In this document: in pieces, positions 7,993 through 17,057 of the stretch
Layout of the letters: every line of letters begins with the position of its first letter
How positions within the stretch are numbered: the stretch's first letter is position 1
Source of the DNA: Verrucomicrobia bacterium UBA3624
GTDB lineage: Bacteria; Verrucomicrobiota; Kiritimatiellia; RFP12; UBA1067
Length of the DNA: 64,000 nt
Reading direction: 5' to 3'
Assembly (NCBI GenBank): GCA_002373695.1
Contig: DFLH01000076.1
Location: forward strand, 10,035 to 74,034
The notes under the pieces: generated by a model
Seen by the model: the letters and a program-made list of their open reading frames with translations, nothing else
Databases searched by the model: none
What the model was told of the DNA's origin: nothing
Position numbers and translations under genes: made by a program

Positions 7993-9267
7993 TTAGTCGC
8001 ATGTGAAGCACACGGCCATTTCCTCCTGCTCGCGGCGAGGGATGCCGAGGCGCACGGCCACGTCGCGCCACTTGGCGACTGCGGAGCGGATGCGTTCGAG
8101 CTGCGCGTTCGCCTCTTCATTGCCAAGCCGGAAGTATTCGGCGGCGTCGAGGAGCGTGTCGATGCTTTCAATCGGCACTCCAGCATCCAGTTCGAGCGAA
8201 AGCGACTGGGGACGCTTCACGTTCGAGTTGAGGTCGTAGGCTGGCGAGAGACGCCACTTGCCGTTCTCCGCAATGAAGCCGTGGTTGCGCAGGTGGTCGT
8301 CCGTGTTCGAGACGAGGAGCGAGAACGCCATGCGCCGCCAGAGTTCCGGGAGGTCGGTGTTGGGCTTCGCGCCGTGCTGCATGAGGAATCCGGCGATGTC
8401 GATGTAGGTGCCGTTGCCGTCCTCCTGGCGGTCTTCACAGCCAAGCATCGTCATCGCGGAGGCGAACGGCATGCGGCGCGAGCCGTCACGGTCGAAACGG
8501 CGGCACAGGAACGTCGTGCCAATCTTGGAGAACTTCTGCGCCTGCGCCTCCGGGACGCGGATGCCGGACTCCTCGGCGAGGATGTGGACGAGGTATTCCC
8601 ATGCGCCCGTGTCGACATCGTCCTCCTTGGATGGGAACTTGGCAATCCAGAGGCTTCCGTCGGGAGCTGTCACGCTCGCCTTCGGTCGCGCCCCGCCGAG
8701 GGAGGTGCCGGGGCGAAGGAGAACGGCGAGCGCGGATTCGTCGGTGTCGTCCTCCTCAAAGCGGCGAGAGGAGTCCTCAAGGGTGCGAAGCGTCGTCCAG
8801 GGCGGCGCGGGGTTGTCGCGCGGGCTCTTGCGACCGCTTCGCGGCTCATTCGCTTCGCTCATTCGGCCAACCTGATCGCTTCGCGACAGGCGCATGTCGG
8901 CGTTCACGAAGGCGTCCACCCCTTCGGCCTTGAATCGCAACGCCCCGACGCGAGTCAAGTCGAACACGCCAAGTAGATAGTCGCTTTCGCGAAGGTTGCC
9001 GCGCTTCTCTCGGCGTCGGATGATCTTGCGCCCCCATGAGTCTGGCGCGGCGTCCTGGAACAGCCCGAAGCCGTATGAAAGCGTCGGGTACTGCTTGCCC
9101 CTGAAAAGGCCAACATCCGGGCCAAGGAACGAGACGGACGGATGAAGGACAAAGTCGCCGTCAAGCTCGAACGACGACACCTCCTTGCCGCGCAGCTCGT
9201 CGTATTCGAGCGTACCGAGGCGCCTGTCGGCATCGCCCTCGGAAATGAAAACCTCTATGCGCTTCAT
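7993..9267 (-). CDS. hipA: HipA-like serine/threonine kinase toxin
   Basis: HipA N-domain MKRIEVFISEGDADRRLGTLEYD. Kinase-core motifs LGGARPKASV and NTDDHLRNHGFI. The start overlaps the upstream HTH gene by 4 bp (ATGA). Confidence 0.8.
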   Translation of the reverse strand: MKRIEVFISEGDADRRLGTLEYDELRGKEVSSFELDGDFVLHPSVSFLGPDVGLFRGKQYPTLSYGFGLFQDAAPDSWGRKIIRRREKRGNLRESDYLLGVFDLTRVGALRFKAEGVDAFVNADMRLSRSDQVGRMSEANEPRSGRKSPRDNPAPPWTTLRTLEDSSRRFEEDDTDESALAVLLRPGTSLGGARPKASVTAPDGSLWIAKFPSKEDDVDTGAWEYLVHILAEESGIRVPEAQAQKFSKIGTTFLCRRFDRDGSRRMPFASAMTMLGCEDRQEDGNGTYIDIAGFLMQHGAKPNTDLPELWRRMAFSLLVSNTDDHLRNHGFIAENGKWRLSPAYDLNSNVKRPQSLSLELDAGVPIESIDTLLDAAEYFRLGNEEANAQLERIRSAVAKWRDVAVRLGIPRREQEEMAVCFTCD

Positions 9268-9566
9268 GAATGAACCCTCTTGGGAAGCTGCAAGTCCTGC
9301 AATTCGCGCCCGAGTACATCGTCCGACGCGACCTTTTCCATGTCCGTGTGCATATTGAGGCAGAAGAGGACGGACATATACCCGGCCATTGAGACGGAGG
9401 GTTTCCCCTGTTCGATGGCGGTCAGCGTGGCATGGCTCACGCAGGCCCGTTCGCACATCATGGCGGCGGATATCCGCCGACGTATGCGGGCGAGCTTCAG
9501 GTTCTGTCCCAGAATCTCCAGAGATTTCCGGGCCTTGGGCATCAGCAATGTCTTTCTCGGTCTCAT
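9264..9566 (-). CDS. hipB: XRE-family HTH antitoxin (HipB-like)
   Basis: HTH segment LGQNLKLARIRRRISAAMMCERACVSHATLTAIEQGKPSVSM; translationally coupled to hipA. Confidence 0.7.
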   Translation of the reverse strand: MRPRKTLLMPKARKSLEILGQNLKLARIRRRISAAMMCERACVSHATLTAIEQGKPSVSMAGYMSVLFCLNMHTDMEKVASDDVLGRELQDLQLPKRVHS

Positions 9567-9825
9567 GGTCGCTTCTCCAGCCTAAAACAATGTCTTATAT
9601 TTTAGCATTTATTGCCATGTGAATCAACTACTCAAGATGAAATTTTTGATTTCTTGGATTTGCCCTATTGTATGATTGGGCCAAATTTGGTGAAATATGC
9701 AACATCTTTTTGAACGAAAAGGAAGAAACATACGGCAAACATGCGCAGAGAGGATTTAGGACGGTGCGGAGAAACGGGGAGAGATTTTGTATCTCTCCTC
9801 TTGAAAACCACGGAGGTGGCAGTCC

Positions 9826-9862
9826 CCTGAAAAGCGAAAAAACCCAAATTACTTGGGGTTTC
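9826..9862 (-). terminator. Intrinsic terminator downstream of tRNA-Pro (minus strand: hairpin GAAACCCCAAG-taa-TTTGGGTT followed by TTTTTTCGCTTTTC)
   Basis: Stem with one bulge read from the sequence; a long U-tract on the minus strand immediately 3' of the stem. Confidence 0.55.
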
Positions 9863-9916
9863 TGGGGTTCGTATTACACGGTAATAGGGAGAGATTCTCT
9901 TAGTACCGTTTGAAGA

Positions 9917-9993
9917 TGGTCGGGGCGGCGGGATTTGAACCCACGACAACCTGCGCCCAAGGCAGGTGCGCTACCAGACTGCGCTACGCCCCG
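9917..9993 (-). tRNA. tRNA-Pro (anticodon UGG)
   Basis: Reverse complement reads CGGGGCGTAGCGCAGTCTGGTAGCGCACCTGCCTTGGGCGCAGGTTGTCGTGGGTTCAAATCCCGCCGCCCCGACCA. Cloverleaf with anticodon loop CUUGGGC gives anticodon UGG; T-arm GGTTCAAATCC; encoded CCA. Confidence 0.9.
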
Positions 9994-10062
9994 AAAACAA
10001 CGAATAGGTCAAAGTAATGATGAATAGCTGTAACGGGAAGGTGAATCATGTGATGTGAGATT

Positions 10063-11106
10063 TTAAAGATTCTTTCTGGAGGTCTCGTATTCCGAGATCT
10101 CGCGGGAGATAATGCCTGTAACATCGTTGCGCGCGGCATTCGCCCCTACGCGCACCGCATGGTAGATTGCCTTGTGCGACGAACTTCCATGCGTGATGAT
10201 CACGGCACCTGGCACGCCCAGAAGGGGAGCACCACCATAGATGTCCGGGTCCAGCTGCTGCTTGAGGGAATTGAACGCTCCCTTGAGCAGCAAGGCTCCA
10301 AGTACCCTGAAAATCCCCTTGAAGCATTCCTTCTTGAGGAAGTAGCCAATCGCATGCGCCAGAGATTCCGATGTCTTTAGGACGACATTGCCGACAAAAC
10401 CATCGCATACAACGACATCGGTCTGTCCCTTGAACAGGTCGTGGCCTTCCACATTGCCTCGGAAATCTATCCCCTTGACCTCCTTGAGGAGGGGGAACGT
10501 CTCCTTGGTCATCTCGTTGCCCTTGCAATCTTCGGTCCCGATGGACAGCAGGCCAACTAGAGGCTTCGAACGCTTCAATACGGATTTAGAGTAGGCGCTC
10601 CCCATGATGGCGAATTGCACCAGCCAGTCCGCATGGCAGTCCATGTTGGCGCCTGCATCTAGCAGGAGCAACGGCCTTACAGGGCGTCGCGTCGGCAGGA
10701 CCGTAGCGATTGCCGGCCTCAACACACCGGGGATGCGGCCTAGATTAAGGATCGCGCTTGTGGCCACGGCCCCGGAATTCCCGGCGGAGACAAACGCATC
10801 GGCTTTCCCCTCCTTGACAAGGCGCATGGCAACATTGATGGAACAGTCCTTCTTCTTGCGGACCGCACTCACCGGCGATTCATCCATCTCCGCCACGTCC
10901 GGAGCATGCACGATCTCCAGCTTGCCGGACCTGAGAGCCGCGGAAGACTCCTTTGGATGCTTTGCGAATTCAGCTTCGATTTGACTCTGAACACCGACCA
11001 GGAGGACTTTTATGTCCTCCAGACCAAGGGCCGCCTCAATGCCGCCAAGGACGATTTCGCCCGGGGCATTGTCGCCACCCATCGCATCAAGGGCTACCCG
11101 CGTCAT
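10063..11106 (-). CDS. plsX: Phosphate acyltransferase PlsX
   Basis: MTRVALDAMGGDNAPGEIVLG N-terminus and full-length PlsX-like sequence; sits in the conserved yceD-rpmF-plsX arrangement. Confidence 0.9.
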   Translation of the reverse strand: MTRVALDAMGGDNAPGEIVLGGIEAALGLEDIKVLLVGVQSQIEAEFAKHPKESSAALRSGKLEIVHAPDVAEMDESPVSAVRKKKDCSINVAMRLVKEGKADAFVSAGNSGAVATSAILNLGRIPGVLRPAIATVLPTRRPVRPLLLLDAGANMDCHADWLVQFAIMGSAYSKSVLKRSKPLVGLLSIGTEDCKGNEMTKETFPLLKEVKGIDFRGNVEGHDLFKGQTDVVVCDGFVGNVVLKTSESLAHAIGYFLKKECFKGIFRVLGALLLKGAFNSLKQQLDPDIYGGAPLLGVPGAVIITHGSSSHKAIYHAVRVGANAARNDVTGIISREISEYETSRKNL

Positions 11107-11111
11107 GACCC

Positions 11112-11297
11112 TTACTTGGCGGTGACGGAAAGGACCTTGCGACCGTTATACATGCCGCAGTTCGGGCACACATGGTGCGCCTGCTTCATGCCACCGCATT
11201 CGGGGCAAGCCTGAACCGACGCCAGTATCGCCTTCTCCAGCTGACCAACACGCTGGCGCTTGCGCATTTTCGATTTCTTGTTCTTTGGTGATGCCAT
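11112..11297 (-). CDS. rpmF: 50S ribosomal protein L32
   Basis: MASPKNKKSKMRKRQR..CPECGGMKQAHHVCPNCGMYNGRKV, including the zinc-ribbon CxxC..CxxC. Confidence 0.9.
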   Translation of the reverse strand: MASPKNKKSKMRKRQRVGQLEKAILASVQACPECGGMKQAHHVCPNCGMYNGRKVLSVTAK

Positions 11298-11299
11298 TT

Positions 11300-11779
11300 C
11301 TATTTCCTTTCCAGATTCAATCCGTCCAACACGCCCCATCGGTCGTCTGGCTTGTCATGGGCGCATCCACACGAGCCCTCGTTGAGGTTCTTCCCGCAGG
11401 ATGGGCACACGCCAAGGCAATCCGGACGACAAACCGGGTATGTCGGCAAGGCGAGTATTATACTCTGTCTTGCCTCATCCGTCAAATCCACATATTCGGT
11501 TTTCTCGTCCGTCTCGATGCTGACAGTGAAATCGGGCACTTTCATGGTGAAGTCGAAATCGCCGCCGCACCGCGAACAGACGGCGTCGAAATCCTGTTCA
11601 AGGGAACCGCGGACGAGCAACTCGCGACCAAGCAGCTGGGCGAATATGCCATAGCGGATGCCGGCGAACGGATGCAGGAACTCGTCGTTCAAGTCCAGCA
11701 CCACGTCGTCCAGCACACCTTCGAAAGTCTCTCCGTCCTTGTCCAGCCGGGATACGTCTATGAGAAGTTGCTCATCCAT
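11300..11779 (-). CDS. yceD: YceD/DUF177 family protein (large-subunit ribosomal protein accumulation)
   Basis: C-terminal CxxC...CxxC cluster (CSRCGGDF...CPSCGKNLNEGSCGC) and the conserved position upstream of rpmF-plsX. The start codon is uncertain (M at 11779 or further upstream). Confidence 0.75.
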   Translation of the reverse strand: MDEQLLIDVSRLDKDGETFEGVLDDVVLDLNDEFLHPFAGIRYGIFAQLLGRELLVRGSLEQDFDAVCSRCGGDFDFTMKVPDFTVSIETDEKTEYVDLTDEARQSIILALPTYPVCRPDCLGVCPSCGKNLNEGSCGCAHDKPDDRWGVLDGLNLERK

Positions 11780-11832
11780 CTTTACAGCATTCCTTGCGGC
11801 AATATTGTACCATAACATTACTGCGTGTCCGT

Positions 11833-12921
11833 TCAGCGCGCCCATCCGATTCCGTTCGGCGATTCGAGCCGTCGCCATCCGTTTACGCGCGCGCGTTCCA
11901 CCACTGGAGTCCCTGGCGGAACGGTGGTTACGGCCGGCGAGGAATCTGAGGGCGCGATACGCAGTACGATTGGCCCTGTGCCGTTTACGCCGGCGGGTAG
12001 GCCGTTCTGGCCAGCATTCCCGGGCTTGGTCTCCGTTACGACTATCGCCGTGTTTTTCGTGGAAGCCGCCTCATCCGACACAAAGACCAGGCGTTGCGGC
12101 ACGGCCTGCGTTCGTTCGTATCGTTTGGTACGGACGTTGTAGTAGCATACCGATATGTTCGCCGACCGGTCTGCATCCGGAGTCTGCGGAACGAGCACCT
12201 GCGTCCAGACTATCTTGCCAGGCGTCCTTGAGTCCACTTTAGGTTCGTACGCCTTGAAGTCGTCAGGCAACCTTTCTATTGCGGGCCAGAAGTTTGTGGG
12301 GCAGTAGCCATCGTAGGAAAGCGTGTATGTGGCCGTGACAAGGTCGCCGGGGTGGACATGATCGGGCGACAATGTCTGTGCGATCTTGAAACCGGAACCT
12401 ATCGCGCCAGAGAAATCGGATGGTCGTCCGATGTCCGGGAGCGGATCCACCTGCAGGTGGAAGGTGGGCAGCCTCGTCCTGAAACTAGATGACGACGTCA
12501 TGCTCATTCCACCCTGCTGGCGGCGCACGGCAGCCATTCCCTGCACGACGACGGCTATGTCCTGCGTACAAGACGACAGGAAACGGGCCTGCAACTCCAT
12601 CCTTTTAACGACCCGTCCTGGCTTGGACGATTTGCCGTCCGGCAGATTCTCGAAGTTCGGTCCGTATTCAACCCGTTCTCCGCCTTCGGCATCAGGCAGG
12701 CCGGATACATTCAGGTCTTCGAGGCCAACGTCCTTCTCCACCTCCAGTTCAAGGACGAATGAACACTGCTCGCCTACGACGACATCGGCTGGCACCAGGC
12801 GCAGCACCCCGGAGACATCTACGTCTCTTGCCGGCCCGAACCTGCGGAAATTGAAAATCTGTGCGTACACGGACGTGGCCAATGCCATAGCTACGGCAAA
12901 CACGGCACTAGACCTTTTCAT
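11833..12921 (-). CDS. Secreted BatD-like protein (short form)
   Basis: Signal peptide MKRSSAVFAVAMALATSVYA. Shares the motif P.P.IGRP.DFSGAIG.F with the larger adjacent protein. Confidence 0.4.
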   Translation of the reverse strand: MKRSSAVFAVAMALATSVYAQIFNFRRFGPARDVDVSGVLRLVPADVVVGEQCSFVLELEVEKDVGLEDLNVSGLPDAEGGERVEYGPNFENLPDGKSSKPGRVVKRMELQARFLSSCTQDIAVVVQGMAAVRRQQGGMSMTSSSSFRTRLPTFHLQVDPLPDIGRPSDFSGAIGSGFKIAQTLSPDHVHPGDLVTATYTLSYDGYCPTNFWPAIERLPDDFKAYEPKVDSRTPGKIVWTQVLVPQTPDADRSANISVCYYNVRTKRYERTQAVPQRLVFVSDEAASTKNTAIVVTETKPGNAGQNGLPAGVNGTGPIVLRIAPSDSSPAVTTVPPGTPVVERARVNGWRRLESPNGIGWAR

Positions 12922-15058
12922 GGATGCCTCCTTCCGCGATATGTTCTTCGACGAGCGAAACGGAAGTGGAAAGTGCCGCCGCAACGAACAGAATCGCGCC
13001 GCATGTCATCAGAAATCTTCTGGCGGAGCCTGGCGGGAGAAGCGCCGCCAGCCAGGCAAGGCTCCACACGCATGCGGCGAAAAGCAACCGTGCATCGGTG
13101 GAGTAGAGAAAGTGCGGCCTGAAGAAGACCCTTGCGAGCGGAAGGTCCACGTTCGGATCCTGCATCCGCCTCGCCGTCGCGGCGAGAATTCCACGCCGCG
13201 TGGAAGGGGTTTCGCCACATAGCCGTTCCGCCCTGGAATATGCAGCAGTGGCCGCATAGACCTCTCCAGCCAGCAGTCGGCACGTCCCAAGGTTCAGGAG
13301 AAGAACAGGATTTACGGCACCCGACTTGAGGCACGCTTCATACGCATCAGCCGCCTCGCGGAAGCCGGTTTCACCGGTTGCACGCGTCGCCAGCACCCCG
13401 GCCCTGCGGTATGTGAAATCCAGGTTCGAAGTGGCGTCGGCCTGCAACACGGCGGCTCCAAGGACGCAGGACAAAAGAACTGCCAGCGAGACGAGAGTCT
13501 TTTTTGCCGAGTATTCGGAACGGTCCATCTCTGCCAGAGCGGAGACGACGAGAGATATTTCATCTGCGGAAAAGTCCGGCGACATGGTCCGTTCGGCATC
13601 CGCCGCCGTGACGGTCGCGCCATTAATGCCGTATCGCACTTCGAAGAATCTGCGTATCGCATCGCGACGCGTGGAAACGTTGCGGCTTTTCAGCGCGCGG
13701 CGGCAGCGGGCAAATGCCGTCGTCCGGCGATATGCTTCGTTGCGGGCTGCGATACGGCGGTGCACCGGCGGCGCAATTCTTGCCAGCATGAAAAGGACCG
13801 GCGGCAATATGAATAGAAGCATCGCAAGCGTCAGATGCGGCAGGAAGGGCTGCGCGGCCGTGCCACGAGGATCGAAATCTATTCCATCCGGCATGGGCAT
13901 GGCTTTTTTTTCGCCGTCCAACGCGTCGATCGAACCGAGGACGGCCTGAGCTCCGGCCTTCACCTGAATTGGAATGGATTCGGTATGGACGGTTTCGTAG
14001 CTTCTCGTCGTGAGGTTGAAGAACGATATCGGAAGCGAAGGGAACTCCATCGTTCCGGCCTTGACGGCGCGGACGCGCCATGTGAAACGGCGCGCGCCAG
14101 AAAGAGTGTCCGTCTTGACCGAGGCGTCGTCCAGCCGGAAAATTCCATTCGTGACGAAAGGGGCCAGCACGGGCGGGTGCACGGCGGACGGATCATCTGG
14201 CCCGGACACGTCCAGTGTCAGAACTAACGGATCGCCAGCGGTACAGACGCTTGTATCGAGCGATGCCTTTGCCGAAAAATTGGAACAGATCGCACCGCAG
14301 AAGGATTGCGGACGGCCCTCTTGCGGAGGTGCCGAGACGACTATCTCCAGCGGTTTTGTGACAAGCTGCACTTCCTTCAGGGCCGGGACGTTTACGGTAC
14401 GGCCAAATCGGTCCCGCACGGTTCTGACTGCGGAAATGAGCGGAATGCTGATGCTGACCGGCGGCAAGACGACGGTGCCTGCGGATACGGCGCGGTATGG
14501 CATGGTAGAGACGGTGAAATGCCATATGTTGGAGCCGTTCCCGGCATGTCTCTGCGTCACGAAAGGAAACAGTCTCCGCTTGGGGCCGAGTATCGACTGA
14601 CCGAAGAAATCGTCGTTCATAATCCCGAACGGATCGCCCATCGATGAAAACATGTCATTCGAGACGTAGTCGTTGAGAGTGAACGCCGGCTCCTGCCGGC
14701 TTTGGCGTCCGGTATCGGGAAAAGGCTGACGTGCGTCCTGGTTCGCCGGCTGGAGGGGCGCTGACGTCCAGTCTGGCGCGAGAAACGGCGCGTTCATGTG
14801 CGGAGGCCGCTGGTTCAAGAAGGGCGGCTGTTCCTCGAACTTGTCGTCAAGTCCCTGCAGCCAGAGGTCGAACGAGATGACAAGCTGTTCCGTGACCACT
14901 AGGTTGGTCGCAGAAGCCGACATCTCGAAAACGGGTTCGGCCGCGGCGAGATCGGTGGCCAGGCATGAGGCGCACAAGGCTGCAAGAACGCTACACGCGG
15001 CATGCGACGCGCCGTCGCGCCGCATGCGGGCCGCATAATGCTTCAACACCTTACGCAT
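12908..15058 (-). CDS. BatD-like membrane protein: signal peptide, extracytoplasmic domain, TM helix, TPR-like region, C-terminal TM helix
   Basis: EGRPQSFCGAICSNF motif; mid-protein TM LTLAMLLFILPPVLFMLA; C-terminal TM. The real start is MRKVLKHYAARM; the upstream extension is a frame artefact. Confidence 0.45.
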   Translation of the reverse strand: MRKVLKHYAARMRRDGASHAACSVLAALCASCLATDLAAAEPVFEMSASATNLVVTEQLVISFDLWLQGLDDKFEEQPPFLNQRPPHMNAPFLAPDWTSAPLQPANQDARQPFPDTGRQSRQEPAFTLNDYVSNDMFSSMGDPFGIMNDDFFGQSILGPKRRLFPFVTQRHAGNGSNIWHFTVSTMPYRAVSAGTVVLPPVSISIPLISAVRTVRDRFGRTVNVPALKEVQLVTKPLEIVVSAPPQEGRPQSFCGAICSNFSAKASLDTSVCTAGDPLVLTLDVSGPDDPSAVHPPVLAPFVTNGIFRLDDASVKTDTLSGARRFTWRVRAVKAGTMEFPSLPISFFNLTTRSYETVHTESIPIQVKAGAQAVLGSIDALDGEKKAMPMPDGIDFDPRGTAAQPFLPHLTLAMLLFILPPVLFMLARIAPPVHRRIAARNEAYRRTTAFARCRRALKSRNVSTRRDAIRRFFEVRYGINGATVTAADAERTMSPDFSADEISLVVSALAEMDRSEYSAKKTLVSLAVLLSCVLGAAVLQADATSNLDFTYRRAGVLATRATGETGFREAADAYEACLKSGAVNPVLLLNLGTCRLLAGEVYAATAAYSRAERLCGETPSTRRGILAATARRMQDPNVDLPLARVFFRPHFLYSTDARLLFAACVWSLAWLAALLPPGSARRFLMTCGAILFVAAALSTSVSLVEEHIAEGGIHEKV

Positions 15059-15078
15059 TACAGCGCCAGTCCTTTCTC

Positions 15079-15462
15079 CTACTGTATCACCACGACCGCG
15101 ACATCGCGATGCGCACCATCCCCGGAAGAAGACGACATCAGGGGGACGATATTGGTGGTGACGGCGTCTGGAGGAAGATTCAGCCTTGAAAGGGCTTGTG
15201 CCAGCCTGGCCTCGCGCTGGCGTTGCTGGCGGCCCTCCATCACCGAGATCCCCGTCAGCAGCCCGCCGGCAAAGCACGAAGCGGCGAGCAAGGCCACGGC
15301 GGCGACGGCGAGGAAGGGGCGATGGCGCGTCTGCGCAATCCGGGCCTCTTCCTCCGCATGCATGCGGGCGGATACGAGCCGTTCGCGCTCGACGGCCAAG
15401 GCTTCCCGCTCAAGGCGCAGACGCTCCTCTGCCAGGTTGACGGCTGTGTTTTCCTCGTTCAT
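15079..15462 (-). CDS. Small coiled-coil, single-pass membrane protein of unknown function
   Basis: 127 aa; Glu/Arg-rich N-terminus, one TM (FLAVAAVALLAASCFAGGLL); immediately upstream of the BatD-like gene. Confidence 0.4.
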   Translation of the reverse strand: MNEENTAVNLAEERLRLEREALAVERERLVSARMHAEEEARIAQTRHRPFLAVAAVALLAASCFAGGLLTGISVMEGRQQRQREARLAQALSRLNLPPDAVTTNIVPLMSSSSGDGAHRDVAVVVIQ

Positions 15463-15477
15463 GGCAGCAAACAGATA

Positions 15478-16896
15478 CTACTCTCGACCACTCAACCCCT
15501 GCCCAAAGAAATAATCCTTTGCGTTGTCATAGCAGATGCCTTTTACGAGTCCGCCGATCCATGGGATGTCGTTCGGCAACTCGCCGGCCTCGATTTCCTT
15601 GCCGAGCATCTGGCAGAGGATGCGACGGAAGTACTCGTGGCGCGTATAGCTGAGGAATGAACGCGAGTCGGTGAGCATGCCAACGAAACGCCCCAGCAGG
15701 CCTAACGCGCCCAACGCCTCCAGCTGCTTGCGCATGCCGTCCTTCTGGTCGAGGAACCACCAGGCCGCGCCAAGTTGCATCCGCCCCTTCTCCGGACCAT
15801 GCTGGAAACAGCCCATGAGCGTCGCCAGCATTTCGGTATCCTTGGGATTGAGGGAATAAAGGATGGTGCGGGGGAGGGCGTCGTTCTGCTCCAAGCGGTC
15901 GAAGAGGCGAGAAAGCGATTCGGTTACGCTCCAGTCGCCGATGCAGTCGAAGCCGGTGTCGGGACCGAGCATCCTGAACATCTTCGTGTTGTTGTCGCGC
16001 AGGCAGCAGTAGTGGATCTGCGCCGCCCAGCCTGCCTTGGCGTCCGCCGCCAATCCTTCGTACAGCCACGCGCTCTTGAACTTCAAGGCCTCGTCTGGAG
16101 CGAGCGCCTTGCCGCCTCGCGCCTTCTTGAAGATGCGCCTTGCCTCGGCTTCGGTGTACGGGGCGGCGAAAATCTCGGTGACGCCATAGTCGGACAGGAC
16201 GCATCCGCACTTCGCGAAGAAGTCGTGTCTCTTCGCCATCGCCTCAAGAAAGTCGTCCCACGTTTTCACTGGCATCTTCGCCGCCTTGGAGAGCCTGTCC
16301 ATCCATTCGTTCCACGCTTTCAGGTTCTCGACCTTGCTGGCCTTGTCGCTTCGCCATGCAGGGAGGATGCGCGTGCCGAAAGGCTTCTTTGAAATGGCGA
16401 TGTGATGTTCCAGGGAATCCACGGGATCGTCGGTGGTGCACACCACCTTGACGTTGGATTTCTTCATCAGCCCCTGGGCCGAGAACCCCGGCTTTGCCAA
16501 TGCGGAGTTGCACTTCCTCCATATCTTCTCGGCCGTCTTGCGCGAGAGGCGGTCGGTTACTCCAAAATAGCGGGCGAGCTCGAGGTGCGACCAGTCGAAG
16601 AGCGGGTTTTTCAGGAGAACCTCCATGGTCTCCGCGAACGCCACGAACTTGTCGTGCCAGCTGGCGTTTCCCGTTATGAACTTTTCGTCTATGCCGTTGG
16701 AGCGCATCTGGCGCCATTTGTAGTGGTCCCCGCCCAGCCATACCTGCGCGATGTTTTCCCAGCGCTGGTCATTGGCGATCTCCGCCGGCGGCAGATGGCA
16801 ATGGTAGTCGATTATCGGCATCTGTTCTGCATATCCGTGGTAAAGTTCCCTCGCGGTCTTGGTCGTCAGCAGGAAGTCGTCGTTGATGAATTTCAT
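15478..16896 (-). CDS. uxaC: Glucuronate (uronate) isomerase
   Basis: MKFINDDFLLTTKTARELYHGYAEQMPIIDYHCHLPP is a canonical UxaC N-terminus; 472 aa. Confidence 0.9.
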   Translation of the reverse strand: MKFINDDFLLTTKTARELYHGYAEQMPIIDYHCHLPPAEIANDQRWENIAQVWLGGDHYKWRQMRSNGIDEKFITGNASWHDKFVAFAETMEVLLKNPLFDWSHLELARYFGVTDRLSRKTAEKIWRKCNSALAKPGFSAQGLMKKSNVKVVCTTDDPVDSLEHHIAISKKPFGTRILPAWRSDKASKVENLKAWNEWMDRLSKAAKMPVKTWDDFLEAMAKRHDFFAKCGCVLSDYGVTEIFAAPYTEAEARRIFKKARGGKALAPDEALKFKSAWLYEGLAADAKAGWAAQIHYCCLRDNNTKMFRMLGPDTGFDCIGDWSVTESLSRLFDRLEQNDALPRTILYSLNPKDTEMLATLMGCFQHGPEKGRMQLGAAWWFLDQKDGMRKQLEALGALGLLGRFVGMLTDSRSFLSYTRHEYFRRILCQMLGKEIEAGELPNDIPWIGGLVKGICYDNAKDYFFGQGLSGRE

Positions 16897-16931
16897 GTCG
16901 TCTCCTCGTGTATGGATTTGTCAAGCAGGAC

Positions 16932-16944
16932 AATTATACCACAA
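16932..16944 (-). promoter_or_regulatory. Extended -10 promoter element TTGTGGTATAATT for uxaC (minus strand)
   Basis: Same 13-mer as at 1758-1770, upstream of another minus-strand gene; RBS GAGGAGAC follows. Confidence 0.5.
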
Positions 16945-17057
16945 ATCGCCCTTGTCGCGCAGGGGGCATGTTTTTCGCGCGGGTGCGGCGTGGGGACGAC
17001 GCAGGCCTGCTGTCGTGCGGCTTGAAAGCGGAAATGCGATCTGCTACAATTCGCGCG

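Noticed and set aside
9668-9913. 81-aa ORF in the AT-rich spacer next to tRNA-Pro
   Set aside because: No RBS or motif; low-GC non-coding-like sequence containing terminator hairpins. It is more likely leader/terminator DNA.
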